A stretch of DNA of 63,635 nucleotides, the filler included, from Octopus bimaculoides (lineage: Eukaryota), in assembly GCF_001194135.2 (NCBI RefSeq). It is 9 parts of 7 records of this genome, joined end to end, with 100 filler letters (N's around TTAATTAATTAA, not from the genome) between each part and the next. Parts side by side here need not be neighbours in the genome. Positions count along the whole stretch, not along the records: positions 1 to 9,113 come from NC_068997.1; positions 9,214 to 27,469 come from NC_069003.1; 7 more parts are not named here. One strand, given 5' to 3'. The notes beneath the pieces were generated by a model. The model was not told where the DNA came from. It saw nothing but the letters and a program-made list of their open reading frames with translations, and did not search any database. Made by a program: the position numbers and the translations under genes. Shown here one piece after another: positions 1 to 11,554 of this stretch (position 1 is its first letter; each line of letters starts with the position of its first letter).

Positions 1-56
<56 letters not shown>

Positions 57-1573
57 TACATACACACGCACACACATATATATATGTATATATATGTGCA
101 TACACACACAGAGACATACGCATATATGTACACACACTTTTATATCTCACGCCCCACCACTACCACCACCACCACTTCCACCACCACCGCCATAACTTCA
201 ACCAAACAATTTTACTTCTCTTCTCAGTCTATGTTCTCTCTCTGTCTCTCTCAGTTCGTTTGTATCCCAATGGAAATTCTTTAGGCTGTTTTGTTCTCAG
301 AAATATTGGTACTTTCCGAATTACCGTTTCCTTTATTCGATAGCATGGATCTCCTTTCACAAGGCTGTCTGCCATATTGCCATCTCTAAGAATTCTTTCC
401 GTCTCATAGTGCGTATTTTTTTTGTTTTTTTATAAAACATATGACTTTATTACATTTTTTCTAGTTTAGTTTCGTTTTTATCCCATTTTTTTTTTCACTG
501 ATTCTACAAAGGATAAAGAATTATTCTTCCTTACGCTCAATGCGTTTTGTTGTTCTTTCTTATAATGTTCTTTCTTTGTCATTCAATCCTCCGCTCCCCC
601 CCATCCTGCAATTGTTAATTCTTTCTTTTATTCTACTTTCGTTTTCCTCCCTTTCAAGTCGTTATCCAGTTTCTCTTGTGAATCTGTTGCTCTTCAACAG
701 ACAACCTACTTCAGACGACCAAAACCAAAATATTTCCCTTAATTCTTCCATTTATAATATTTCACTTGAGAGACGAAACTCTTTTGTCAGAAATTTTACC
801 AATACCTTCTTCTTCTTCTTTGTTGTATTCTTCTTCTTCGTTTTCTTCTTCTTTGTTGTCTTCTTCAACATCATCGTCGTCACCACCACAACTACCTTCA
901 TTATCAACATCACATCATCCTTAACCTCCTCCTCCTCCTCCTCCTCCTACACGAGGACTTATTCTTTGTAAGCCCGGTACTTAATTCTATCGGGCTCTTT
1001 CGCCGAACCGCTAATTTACGGGGACGTAAACACACCAACGTCGGTTGTCAAGCGATGGTGGACACACACACACACATACACACACACACACACACACAAA
1101 TACACACACAACGTGCTTCTTTCAGTTTCTATTTACCAATGAAGGAGCCTTGAATCTAGGTTAGAAACCGGTTCTTTTTCTATTGGCAAGAAATCTTGAA
1201 ATAAAATTGAACAATCACATACATACATACATACATACATACATAGAGGGTGTTAGGGCTAAATTTGACGATTTTTAAATATTTTTGTTTTAGGAATGGC
1301 TTGTATTGGTGAACAGTGAACGGGGAAATGGAGATGGGTAGGGGAGATAAATATGGAGAAATTAAAAAAGTTGAAGGGAAGAAGAAGATAAGAAATAGAG
1401 TAAAAAAGGAAATGAAGAAAGAGACGACACTGAAGAAGAAGAAGAAGAAGAAGAAGAAGAAGAAGAAGAAGGAAAAGAAGAAGAAAATGGAGAAGGAACA
1501 GAAGACAAAAATTAAGAATAAAGAGAAGAAATGAAGACGACGCCAAAGAAGAAGATTGAGTTAAATGAGTGTT

Positions 1574-1635
<62 letters not shown>

Positions 1636-3200
1636 NNNNNNNNNNNNNNNNNNNNNNNNNNNNNNNNNNNNNNNNNNNNNNNNNNNNNNNNNNNNNNNNN
1701 NNNNNNNNNNNNNNNNNNNNNNNNNNNNNNNNNNNNNNNNNNNNNNNNNNNNNNNNNNNNNNNNNNNNNNNNNNNNNNNNNNNNNNNNNNNNNNNNNNNN
1801 NNNNNNNNNNNNNNNNNNNNNNNNNNNNNNNNNNNNNNNNNNNNNNNNNNNNNNNNNNNNNNNNNNNNNNNNNNNNNNNNNNNNNNNNNNNNNNNNNNNN
1901 NNNNNNNNNNNNNNNNNNNNNNNNNNNNNNNNNNNNNNNNNNNNNNNNNNNNNNNNNNNNNNNNNNNNNNNNNNNNNNNNNNNNNNNNNNNNNNNNNNNN
2001 NNNNNNNNNNNNNNNNNNNNNNNNNNNNNNNNNNNNNNNNNNNNNNNNNNNNNNNNNNNNNNNNNNNNNNNNNNNNNNNNNNNNNNNNNNNNNNNNNNNN
2101 NNNNNNNNNNNNNNNNNNNNAAGGAAGGAAGGACGGAAATAATAAAGCAATTGAATTTTAAAATTAGATGTTGAAATTAAATGTAAATAGTAAATTAAAG
2201 AAAATCGTTTCACTCACCCAAACACCGCCATCTTGAAAGTCACTTCTTGCAATTCATTCGTCTACTTTCCTTTTATACATTTTACATCATCGTTGTTATT
2301 GTCACTGTTTTGTTGTTGCTGTTGTTGTACATAAAGTTGTTGTTGTTGTTGTTTTTAACGCTGACATTCTTGATTTTTCTTTTGGATTTATTGTTGTTGA
2401 TGTTGTTATTGAAATAGTTACTATTATTATGCTGTTATATATTTGTTATTCCTCTTGTTGTTATTGTTGTTGTTGTTGAGATAGCTGCTATTTACATATT
2501 GTTATATTTGTTGTTCCTGCTGCAGTGAAGTTGTTGTTGTTGCTGTTGTTGTTGTTGGCCGCAGTGTTTGGTCGGTCGTTTTCGTGTTGTTGTTTACGCT
2601 GTTTATTTTATTTGTTTTGAATCTGGTTCTTGATCGTGTTAATGCGATTGTTGTTGTTGTTGGTGTTGTTGTTGGTGGTGTTGGTGTTGTTGGTACCAGT
2701 AACTGTTGATGGCGAAGGTGGTGTTGGGTGTTACAGGTGTTATGCTTCTAGGTTTCCTTCACCGCAACCCGTCATCATCATCATCATCATCATCGTAGTC
2801 GTCATCATCATCACCCCATAACATCGAACTGACATCACAAGCAATAACCCCTCCCTCCCCTTTCACCTCCCCCAAACCATTCCATTCAACTCCACGAGCT
2901 CCATCCACCTCACCACCGTCTCCTCCTCCACAACCACCACCACAAACACCGCCACCACACTTCCACCACCGCTACAGTCACCGACCGACCGACCGACCGA
3001 CCGACCGCCGCTGCTGCGGGTACCACCATCGCCGCCGCCGCCGCCGTCACCACCACCACCAGCGCCACCATCACGACGTCACCGTCGTCACCAGCTGAAG
3101 ACAAAGTTATTTTAGCGAATCCTTCACTGAAGTAATTTGCCAAACGGATCAAACAAGGGGATGCAATTAAAGGTGATTACAGGTAGAGTACGGCATGTCG

Positions 3201-3226
3201 ATGTCACGTGTCGCTGTGACGTCACA
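3201..3226. promoter_or_regulatory. Adjacent E-box (GTCACGTG) and perfect CRE palindrome (TGTGACGTCACA)
   Basis: 3203-3210 and 3215-3226, next to a CpG-rich (CCG/CCGA)n tract at 2940-3100. Confidence 0.4.
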
Positions 3227-4054
3227 TCATTGTGTAATGGCGGCCACTATTAAGATGGAAGCGAGAGTGATGGTGATGGTGGTTAATGAAGCAGGCATAT
3301 GTTGTTGTTATTATTGTTACTGTATAGTCCTTATAAAGAAATCGAAATAAAAACCTTTCAGGGAGCAGTTAAACGCCTCTACACAATTTAATATTGCCAT
3401 TTTATGTTCCGACTTCATTCATTACCGGAATCAAATCAGCATTTTATTTCTCTGGAGATTATAGCATAAAAAGCAACGAGAATGGAACCGCAGACACAAC
3501 TAAGCTCACCTAAACGGAAGTAAGAAGAATGGCTACAATTTATAGAATGTGACGATGGACGTCTTTTATGTGGCATATCCTCAGGAGTAATGCACCGTAT
3601 TGTATCAGGATGTCCCTATTTATCAGGGTGTCCCTATTCTAGGACTCTTACTACCAAAACATTTCTCAGACATACAGTAACGAATCAAAGCTGCTCTACA
3701 TGACCATCTTTGGTTTCAAGAGGAAAGGTGTTCTTTCATCAGGATAATGCTCGGCCACATACAGTGAGGATGACATTCCAAAGGTTGGAGCAATTTGAAT
3801 GGGAAACGATGCCCTACCCATCATATTCGCAGGACACTGCCCCATCTAATTATTATTTATTCTGCAGTCTTCAAAATTATCGGACGGAAAAAATATGAAT
3901 TTTGTAGCCGTGGTCAGAACAGTACTGGAGGAGTATTTTTCGTCACGGACAAGTGAATTTTGGAAGAGGGGCCTTGAAAGTCTACCAGATAGATGGAAGA
4001 GCATTGTAGAACATGAAGGAGAGTATATTTTAGATTAAAAAAGAACTTTGTTTA

Positions 4055-4396
4055 CCTTTTTTACGGAGGTGTACATGTGTAGCAAGTGACCTGATCTGAG
4101 ATTGTGTGCTGAAACAGAAACAATTGCAGCGTAGAAGGTGTTTATAAGCCATTTTAAAAACACAGAAACCGTTATATTCACTTCGTTAAATTTGTCAAAA
4201 TATTTTCGTCGCTTTGAAACCGCGACCTGTTCCCAGACAAAATTCAGAGACGCAACACAGTATTTTGTCAGTGAACAGGTCGCGGTTTCAAGCGAGGAAA
4301 ATATTTTGACAAATTAAATTTAAATGTTAAAGTGAATCTAACAGTTTTTGTGCGTTTTTAAATGACTTATAAACACCTTCCACTCTGCAATTGTTT
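4055..4396. mobile_element. Penelope-like inverted (foldback) repeat inserted in a mariner 3' UTR
   Basis: Arms about 4118-4243 and 4262-4396 are reverse complements. TTTGTTTA is duplicated at 4047-4054 and 4394-4401. Each arm carries a hammerhead-like motif; a third single arm lies at 41815-41934. Confidence 0.65.
4264..4313 (+). ncRNA. Hammerhead-like motif with G3:C8 core variant (right arm of foldback)
   Basis: TTTGTCA-GTGAACA-G-GTCGC..GCGAG-GAA-AATATT-T-TGACAAA: 7-bp stem I and palindromic stem III. Position 11.1 is G in this copy and C in the other two. Confidence 0.6.
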
Positions 4397-6115
4397 GTTT
4401 ATCTTAATTTTGAAAAATAAAAGTATGCAAAACCGCATTATTTATGGGATGACCCAATATATATATATATTCATATAATAAATATAGATACATACATATA
4501 TACACATATATGAACGTATATATATATGTGTGTGTAGTATATGTGTGTATCCTATACATATATATCTGTGTAATATATGTATATATACTAGCACGTACAT
4601 ATATACATGTGTATGTGTGTGTGTATGTTTGTATACACTCACAGACACAGGCTTCCGAGATGCTTCCGTCTACCAAATTTCTTCTATATGGCATGAGCTT
4701 CCCAGGAATTTTAGTAAAAGACAGAAGCAGCGAAATGGGACCGAACGCGAATCTCAGGTTTACAAAGTTCTTAACCACTTAATAATGTCTACATCTATTT
4801 ATCAATTAAACGAATTACACACTTCTCCCCTTACGTCTGACCTTGTTCTAATGTTAGGTATAAATATTTGACTTTATTAGCAGCAAAAACAAACAAACAG
4901 TAAAAGATTATTATTTTTGTTTATGGTGCGACCAACAACCTCTTGGCAATTGGCTAGAATTAGCAAGCGAAATTAAACTGAGACATAGCTCTTACTCTTC
5001 TGTGTACAGCAGCAAATCAATGGACATCTGTGAGGTGGTATGGCCTGCTAAAAATAGCAGCCCGTTCCTACTTTCTGCAAATTGCATCGTGAGTTTTTTT
5101 GAAAAGAGAACTTAATACCAATTTCAAAGACTGTTGGATTTTACTCATAGGATACTGGAATCTTAATAATGGATTTACAAATGCAATGACCAAAAAAGCA
5201 TATATATATGAATGTATGTTTGTATCTATCTATTTATCCATCTCTCTCTCTTTCTCTCGCTACATATATACATATATGTTTGTGTATCTATGTTTGTATA
5301 CACACACACACAGGCTCACATAAATGTGGACGATATTTTCCACCGAGAGGGTAGAACCGAATCTGCTTCTTCCAGTGCTCCATTTCTGTGCATGTACATA
5401 TATTTACTAGATTACTGACATTTAGCAATGGTTTCTCCCATTTTTTTGATGCGCCATTTTCTATGATTAATAAAACTGTCGGTATTTTTGACAACATGGG
5501 TATGCTAGTGTACACATAATATACGTACGTACGTACACACCCATATATANNNNNNNNNNNNNNNNNNNNNNNNNNNNNNNNNNNNNNNNNNNNNNNNNNN
5601 NNNNNNNNNNNNNNNNNNNNNNNNNNNNNNNNNNNNNNNNNNNNNNNNNNNNNNNNNNNNNNNNNNNNNNNNNNNNNNNNNNNNNNNNNNNNNNNNNNNN
5701 NNNNNNNNNNNNNNNNNNNNNNNNNNNNNNNNNNNNNNNNNNNNNNNNNNNNNNNNNNNNNNNNNNNNNNNNNNNNNNNNNNNNNNNNNNNNNNNNNNNN
5801 NNNNNNNNNNNNNNNNNNNNNNNNNNNNNNNNNNNNNNNNNNNNNNNNNNNNNNNNNNNNNNNNNNNNNNNNNNNNNNNNNNNNNNNNNNNNNNNNNNNN
5901 NNNNNNNNNNNNNNNNNNNNNNNNNNNNNNNNNNNNNNNNNNNNNNNNNNNNNNNNNNNNNNNNNNNNNNNNNNNNNNNNNNNNNNNNNNNNNNNNNNNN
6001 NNNNNNNNNNNNNNNNNNNNNNNNNNNNNNNNNNNNNNNNNNNNNNNNNNNNNNNNNNNNNNNNNNNNNNNNNNNNNNNNNNNNNNNNNNNNNNNNNNNN
6101 NNNNNNNNNNNNNNN

Positions 6116-6155
<40 letters not shown>

Positions 6156-6355
6156 CTATAGCGTGTTAATGTGTGAATGTGTTAATATCTTTATCATTCG
6201 TATCAAACTTGTTTCATATACCCATGTGCTGAGTATGCATAGATATGCACTTAGCTACACCTTCCCAGCAGCTGCACGTATGTATTAAGTGTCTATGTAT
6301 GATTGTATATACATATGTATATATGTGCGCCTGCCTGTGTGTCTGTCTGCCTCTC

Positions 6356-6396
<41 letters not shown>

Positions 6397-6674
6397 AAGT
6401 AATAACCTTATAGCGTGCATTGCAAAGCACCTCCACCGATATGCTATCATACAACAGGATTTCTTCTGTTATTGGATATGTATGTAGAAATCCGTTAATA
6501 TTTGCAGAATTCACACAAAGAAATTATATTACAAAATGAAATGAACAGGACTTGGGGAGGGGGCCAGTTGATTAGATCGACCCCAGTATGCAACTGGTAC
6601 TTAGTTTATTGACTCCGAAAGGATGAAAGGCAAAGTCGATCTCGGCGAGCACTATAATGACATGATGATGGGTG

Positions 6675-7075
6675 GATGCGAAAAGAATACCCAGCAGCTT
6701 GACAATTTCATCCGTTCCGTGGTAGTAGGCACCTCATCTAGGATGGCACGTGCTGTGACACCTTCTCCAGCGCCAGCGGCAGCTTGGTGTGTTCAGCTGC
6801 CAGCCCAGGCTCCGCTTCTCGTCAGGCTGAAGACAAACTATCAAAATATCAGCCACTCGCTGACAGGTTTGTGGTCGAACCTGTTGCATTAAAGACCCCC
6901 GGCCTTCTCGGTCCCCTGACCATATTCCCTGCTCACTGCTATCGGGACGGAGATGGTTGTCTACCAGTGCGAGCCCCGTGAGTCAGAGAAGGGCTGTTCT
7001 AGCACTTCTCCCTCACCATCCTCCGGGGCAACACCCTTTTCAATTTTGTCCGTTGGAACTACGAGAGGACTGACA
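6675..7075 (+). mobile_element. CRE-clade-like non-LTR retrotransposon 3' fragment (restriction-like endonuclease), decayed
   Basis: Frames read KRIPSSLTISSVPW..RHLI*DGTCCDTF..SASRQAEDKLSKYQPLADRFVVEPVALKTPGLLGPLT..EPRESE..LF*HFSLTILRGN, which matches the recalled CRE RLE pattern KRPDGLT..PW..WD.TC.DT..K..KY..F.P.A.ET.G..L.IQRGN. Confidence 0.75.
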
Positions 7076-7704
7076 AAGCTTTTTAGACAAACACTTAAGT
7101 TCGTGAACCGGTGTCAACTCAATATCACCCAACAGATATACAGTAATAGCACAACATGAGCCCGAGCATAGGAACCGACTCAACCACATACGCTTAACTG
7201 TCCGATGTGTGAATTGTTTAACTCTGTCTTTGAATGAGGTTACTTAGTTCTAGCACAGTTAAATGAACGGTCAGAGAATCAATGGAGAATGTTTCCTGAG
7301 GTATTCAAGGACACACACACACACACACATGCACATTTGTATATTTATGTATATATAGGTGCGGTTAGGCAGAACAGTTAAAAGGTTCGCTTCCCAACTA
7401 GGAGATCCGGATTCGATCCCATTGCATGAGCTCTTGTGCACGTGGAATTTTCTACAACCTCTTGATCTACCCTGTATATAAACGTTTAGAAGTTCGTTCG
7501 GTAGATTGTTTTTGTAATCGAAAGGTTTTCAGTCTTTACACATAGACTGTGCTCTGTGTTACACCGATTCTGTCCAAGGAGAAGGTTTAGGGTAGACGTG
7601 ATTGTGCACTGTTGCGCCACCCACTTTGCTTGTTGGTTCAGGAGAAGGTAATTTATCCGATTAAAGAACTGGATACTTTTCGAACGACGGAGATCCATGG
7701 AAAC

Positions 7705-8024
7705 GATCCCTTCGTCGATTACGACGACGCGGATTCCATTTGATTCCATCTAAAGGAACAGCCTGCTTGTGAAATTACCATGCAAATGGATGAGCACTCT
7801 ACAAGCATTCGTTCCCTCAAGGTAGTTCCTAGAGAGATTCAACAGGACACAGAATGCGACAAGGCTGACCCTTTGAAATACTATACTGATTTTTGCCAAC
7901 TGAGTGGATTGGAGCAACGAGAAATAAAGAGTCTTGCTCAAAACACAACGTGCCGCCGGATATCGAACTCATGACTTTACGATCATCATCCGCATACCTT
8001 AACCACTTGGCCATATACCTTCAC
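7705..8024 (-). mobile_element. tRNA-derived SINE (family D), near full length
   Basis: Minus strand has A-box TGGCCAAGTGG, B-box GTTCGATATCC and a TTTTGAGCAAGACTCTT core. Related pieces at 53800-53930 (-) and 61727-61845 (+). Confidence 0.8.
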
Positions 8025-8448
8025 GTCAAAGAACACAAACACACACACGCGCATGAATATATATATATATAAGAATTTTAATGGAGACAAAGCGCCAGTA
8101 TATAGTATAACTGTTTTTTTGCTCGTATATGAAGTAAAGATCAATAAAATTTAATATACGATAAAAATTTCAAATAATTGTCTAAAACATTCAGACGAGC
8201 AAATTCACAATTCAGATGTGTGACATGAGGCATTATTCCAGACAAATAATCCACATGTTTACATTAAGAGTTAGATACTAAGAATATAGAAATATAAAAA
8301 TATAAACATGAAAATATGAAAAATATATAAATAAAAATAAAAAGCATAAAAAATAAGAAATACACATAAAAAAAACATGAATATATATATCAGGGGTACC
8401 ATGAAAGTAGAAAATATATTAAAGGAGGCGATTAAAAAGGATCAGTCC

Positions 8449-8524
8449 AAACCTACAGCTGTTTCAGAAATGTTTTAAGGGGATGTAGGATATAATCCAA
8501 ATTCAGCTCCCTTCTTCAGGGTTC
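8449..8524 (-). ncRNA. Type I hammerhead ribozyme motif, Penelope-like repeat context
   Basis: Minus strand reads AACC-CTGAAGA-(stem II)-GAAACAGCTGTA-GGTT: canonical core, palindromic stem III ACAGCTGT, GUA triplet, stem I AACC/GGTT. Stem II is weak with a long loop. Confidence 0.7.
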
Positions 8525-8933
8525 CATTCTCGAGGTTTAAATCCAGTGAAATCCGATAAAGCTCTACATTGTGAAAGTTCAGTTATTGAAAGTACAGTTT
8601 TTGAGTGTCGATGAAAAAGTTACAAAATAAACATGAAAATGCCAGAATAAAATCGAACAGACCAAAATATAAGGAAATATAATCATTTCTATACAAGGAT
8701 TAAAAAGGGTTGACAGGTGAGCTTTAATTAATCATGTAAATGATAACCTATTGGAATATTACAGTTTGTTCTGATATTTTTTATCCATACTACTATGACA
8801 GAGAAATAATTTAAGATTTGTATATAAGGGTTCGTTGGATCAAATCCGGGTCGTATTTAAAAAAAAAAAGTTTAAATTTTAAGTTAAAAAATCTAAAAGT
8901 TGCTATATATTTATGCTTACAACGTACTATAGC

Positions 8934-8974
<41 letters not shown>

Positions 8975-9113
8975 ACAACAAAATTTTATATCTTAGACAG
9001 AGAGTTACCCAAGGTTTCGCATCCAGAAAGCAAAGCCTTATAGACAACTTGCCAGACTCTATATAAATACAAAATTTAAGATATCTACGTCGCAGACGTG
9101 AGGAAACGCTCAG

Positions 9114-9213
9114 NNNNNNNNNNNNNNNNNNNNNNNNNNNNNNNNNNNNNNNNNNNNTTAATTAATTAANNNNNNNNNNNNNNNNNNNNNNNNNNNNNNN
9201 NNNNNNNNNNNNN
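9114..9213. other. Artificial scaffold spacer N44-TTAATTAATTAA-N44
   Basis: Identical 100-bp spacers with the 12-mer at 9158, 27514, 32577, 43365, 48891, 53491, 60111 and 62237. Confidence 0.97.
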
Positions 9214-9268
<55 letters not shown>

Positions 9269-10653
9269 ATATCTATAACTTTTTGTTTCATATTCAAAAT
9301 ATCTTTACTGAGAGAATTTAGTTTAAACAGAAAATAGCCGAGATTTTTCACAGTCCAATAAATATATTCCATAATGATTATTTTCTTATCTAAGAAGCCA
9401 CTGATTAAACCATCGATTTCATTTTCCCACTGTAATATTGACACAGATTTAGCTTATTAAGCTAATGACATTATCTACTTAGTAGGGTGGAGAGATTAGC
9501 CGATTACATATTAATAATATTGAGATGGTGTAATTTGAAGATTAATTAGTAATTAAAAATAAGTATGATTTAAATCTACACCAAATTTATCGATAGATTT
9601 TATTTTATTTTAACCTCTCCCATCTGATATAAAATCCTCCTTAAACCTCTTCTCATCCACTGATCTATTTATCTGTACATTTATTGATTAAGATCTTTCA
9701 ACATCAAAGCTGCTTTCCTTCGTTTCCCCGCAACCCTCATAAACAAATTGTCATAATATTTCACAGATTTAATTATATTTTTTTATAGTTATTTCATTAT
9801 AATAATTCTTTATTTGTTATATTATTATTACAACAAATGAATGGAGAAGAAAATAATTTACAAATAAAATAAATATTTAATACCTTTCTGTCTGTTACAT
9901 CATCGATCTCTAATACTTTTTGTCTCATGTAATTTATATGTCTATATAGTTTGCTTGAATCGTTATCTGATATATATATATATATATATNNNNNNNNNNN
10001 NNNNNNNNNNNNNNNNNNNNNNNNNNNNNNNNNNNNNNNNNNNNNNNNNNNNNNNNNNNNNNNNNNNNNNNNNNNNNNNNNNNNNNNNNNNNNNNNNNNN
10101 NNNNNNNNNNNNNNNNNNNNNNNNNNNNNNNNNNNNNNNNNNNNNNNNNNNNNNNNNNNNNNNNNNNNNNNNNNNNNNNNNNNNNNNNNNNNNNNNNNNN
10201 NNNNNNNNNNNNNNNNNNNNNNNNNNNNNNNNNNNNNNNNNNNNNNNNNNNNNNNNNNNNNNNNNNNNNNNNNNNNNNNNNNNNNNNNNNNNNNNNNNNN
10301 NNNNNNNNNNNNNNNNNNNNNNNNNNNNNNNNNNNNNNNNNNNNNNNNNNNNNNNNNNNNNNNNNNNNNNNNNNNNNNNNNNNNNNNNNNNNNNNNNNNN
10401 NNNNNNNNNNNNNNNNNNNNNNNNNNNNNNNNNNNNNNNNNNNNNNNNNNNNNNNNNNNNNNNNNNNNNNNNNNNNNNNNNNNNNNNNNNNNNNNNNNNN
10501 NNNNNNNNNNNNNNNNNNNNNNNNNNNNNNNNNNNNNNNNNNNNNNNNNNNNNNNNNNNNNNNNNNNNNNNNNNNNNNNNNNNNNNNNNNNNNNNNNNNN
10601 NNNNNNNNNNNNNNNNNNNNNNNNNNNNNNNNNNNNNNNNNNNNNNNNNNNNN

Positions 10654-10736
<83 letters not shown>

Positions 10737-11219
10737 GTGTATGTATGTGCGAACACACACATATATGTGTGAGTGTGTGTATGTATGTATGTATGTATGT
10801 ATGTATGTATGTGTGAATGTATGTGTGTTCATATATATAAATATGTGCACACACATGTGTGGGTGCATGTATATATATATACCTATATTTGTATGTGTGT
10901 ATGCACCTGTGTGTCTATCTATGTATATATGTAGGTACATGAGTGTGTGAGTGTGTGTGTGTGCGTGTGTGTGTGTGTGCATGTGTGTGTGTGAATGAGT
11001 GCGTATGCACGCTTGAGTGTACATTTGCGTCCATGCCAGTTTTCATGACTGTGTAAATTGTTGTGTCGAGTTATGTCCCTTCAAGTAAAACAATAATTTA
11101 TCGAGTTCATAGAAAATCCTTAGAAATGCAAACCGAACAGAAAATGAGTACAAGAGATCAATATGGCTGGAAAAATACGTCGAAGGCGGTGCCCCAGCAT
11201 GGTGGCCACAGTCAAACAG

Positions 11220-11254
<35 letters not shown>

Positions 11255-11467
11255 TATACATATATATATGTGTGTGTGTATGTGTGTATATATGTGTATG
11301 TGTGTGCGCGTGTGTGTGTGTACTGTTTAGGTGTTATATAAAAATAATGTGTGTTTGTATAATATTAATTCCTTAACTATACATATCAGTAGACACCTAA
11401 CTAATTTATATAACAGACATTCCATGGAATGTCTGTTATATAAAGCGAGCTGTCTTTACGCATACAG

Positions 11468-11554
<87 letters not shown>

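Larger units (their letters stand above)
3700..4457 (+). mobile_element. Mariner transposon remnant (3' part of transposase and 3' TIR), interrupted
   Basis: PSLVSRGKVFFHQDNARPH..YPSYSQDTAPSNYYLF and EYFSSRTSEFWKRGLESLPDRWKSIVEHEGEYILD* (stop 4036-4038). A mariner-type TIR AAAACCGCATTATTTATGGGATGACCCAA followed by TA lies at 4428-4459. Confidence 0.92.

Noticed and set aside
500-800. Purine-rich minus strand resembling a LINE C-terminus
   Set aside because: No convincing conserved motif in any frame.
1565-2213. Long ORFs in the track composed of X runs or dipeptide repeats (also 9797-11024, 19246-20384, 44484-45398, 47000-48256, 49355-50539)
   Set aside because: They arise from N gaps and microsatellites that lack stop codons; no coding signal.
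5330-5500. Minus-strand KKWEKPLLNVSNLVN resembling a Tc1 C-terminus
   Set aside because: Too short, with no catalytic motif or TIR, to support a call.
7960-8024. SINE heads as tRNA genes
   Set aside because: A and B boxes are present but no cloverleaf can be drawn, and each head continues into a repeat body.
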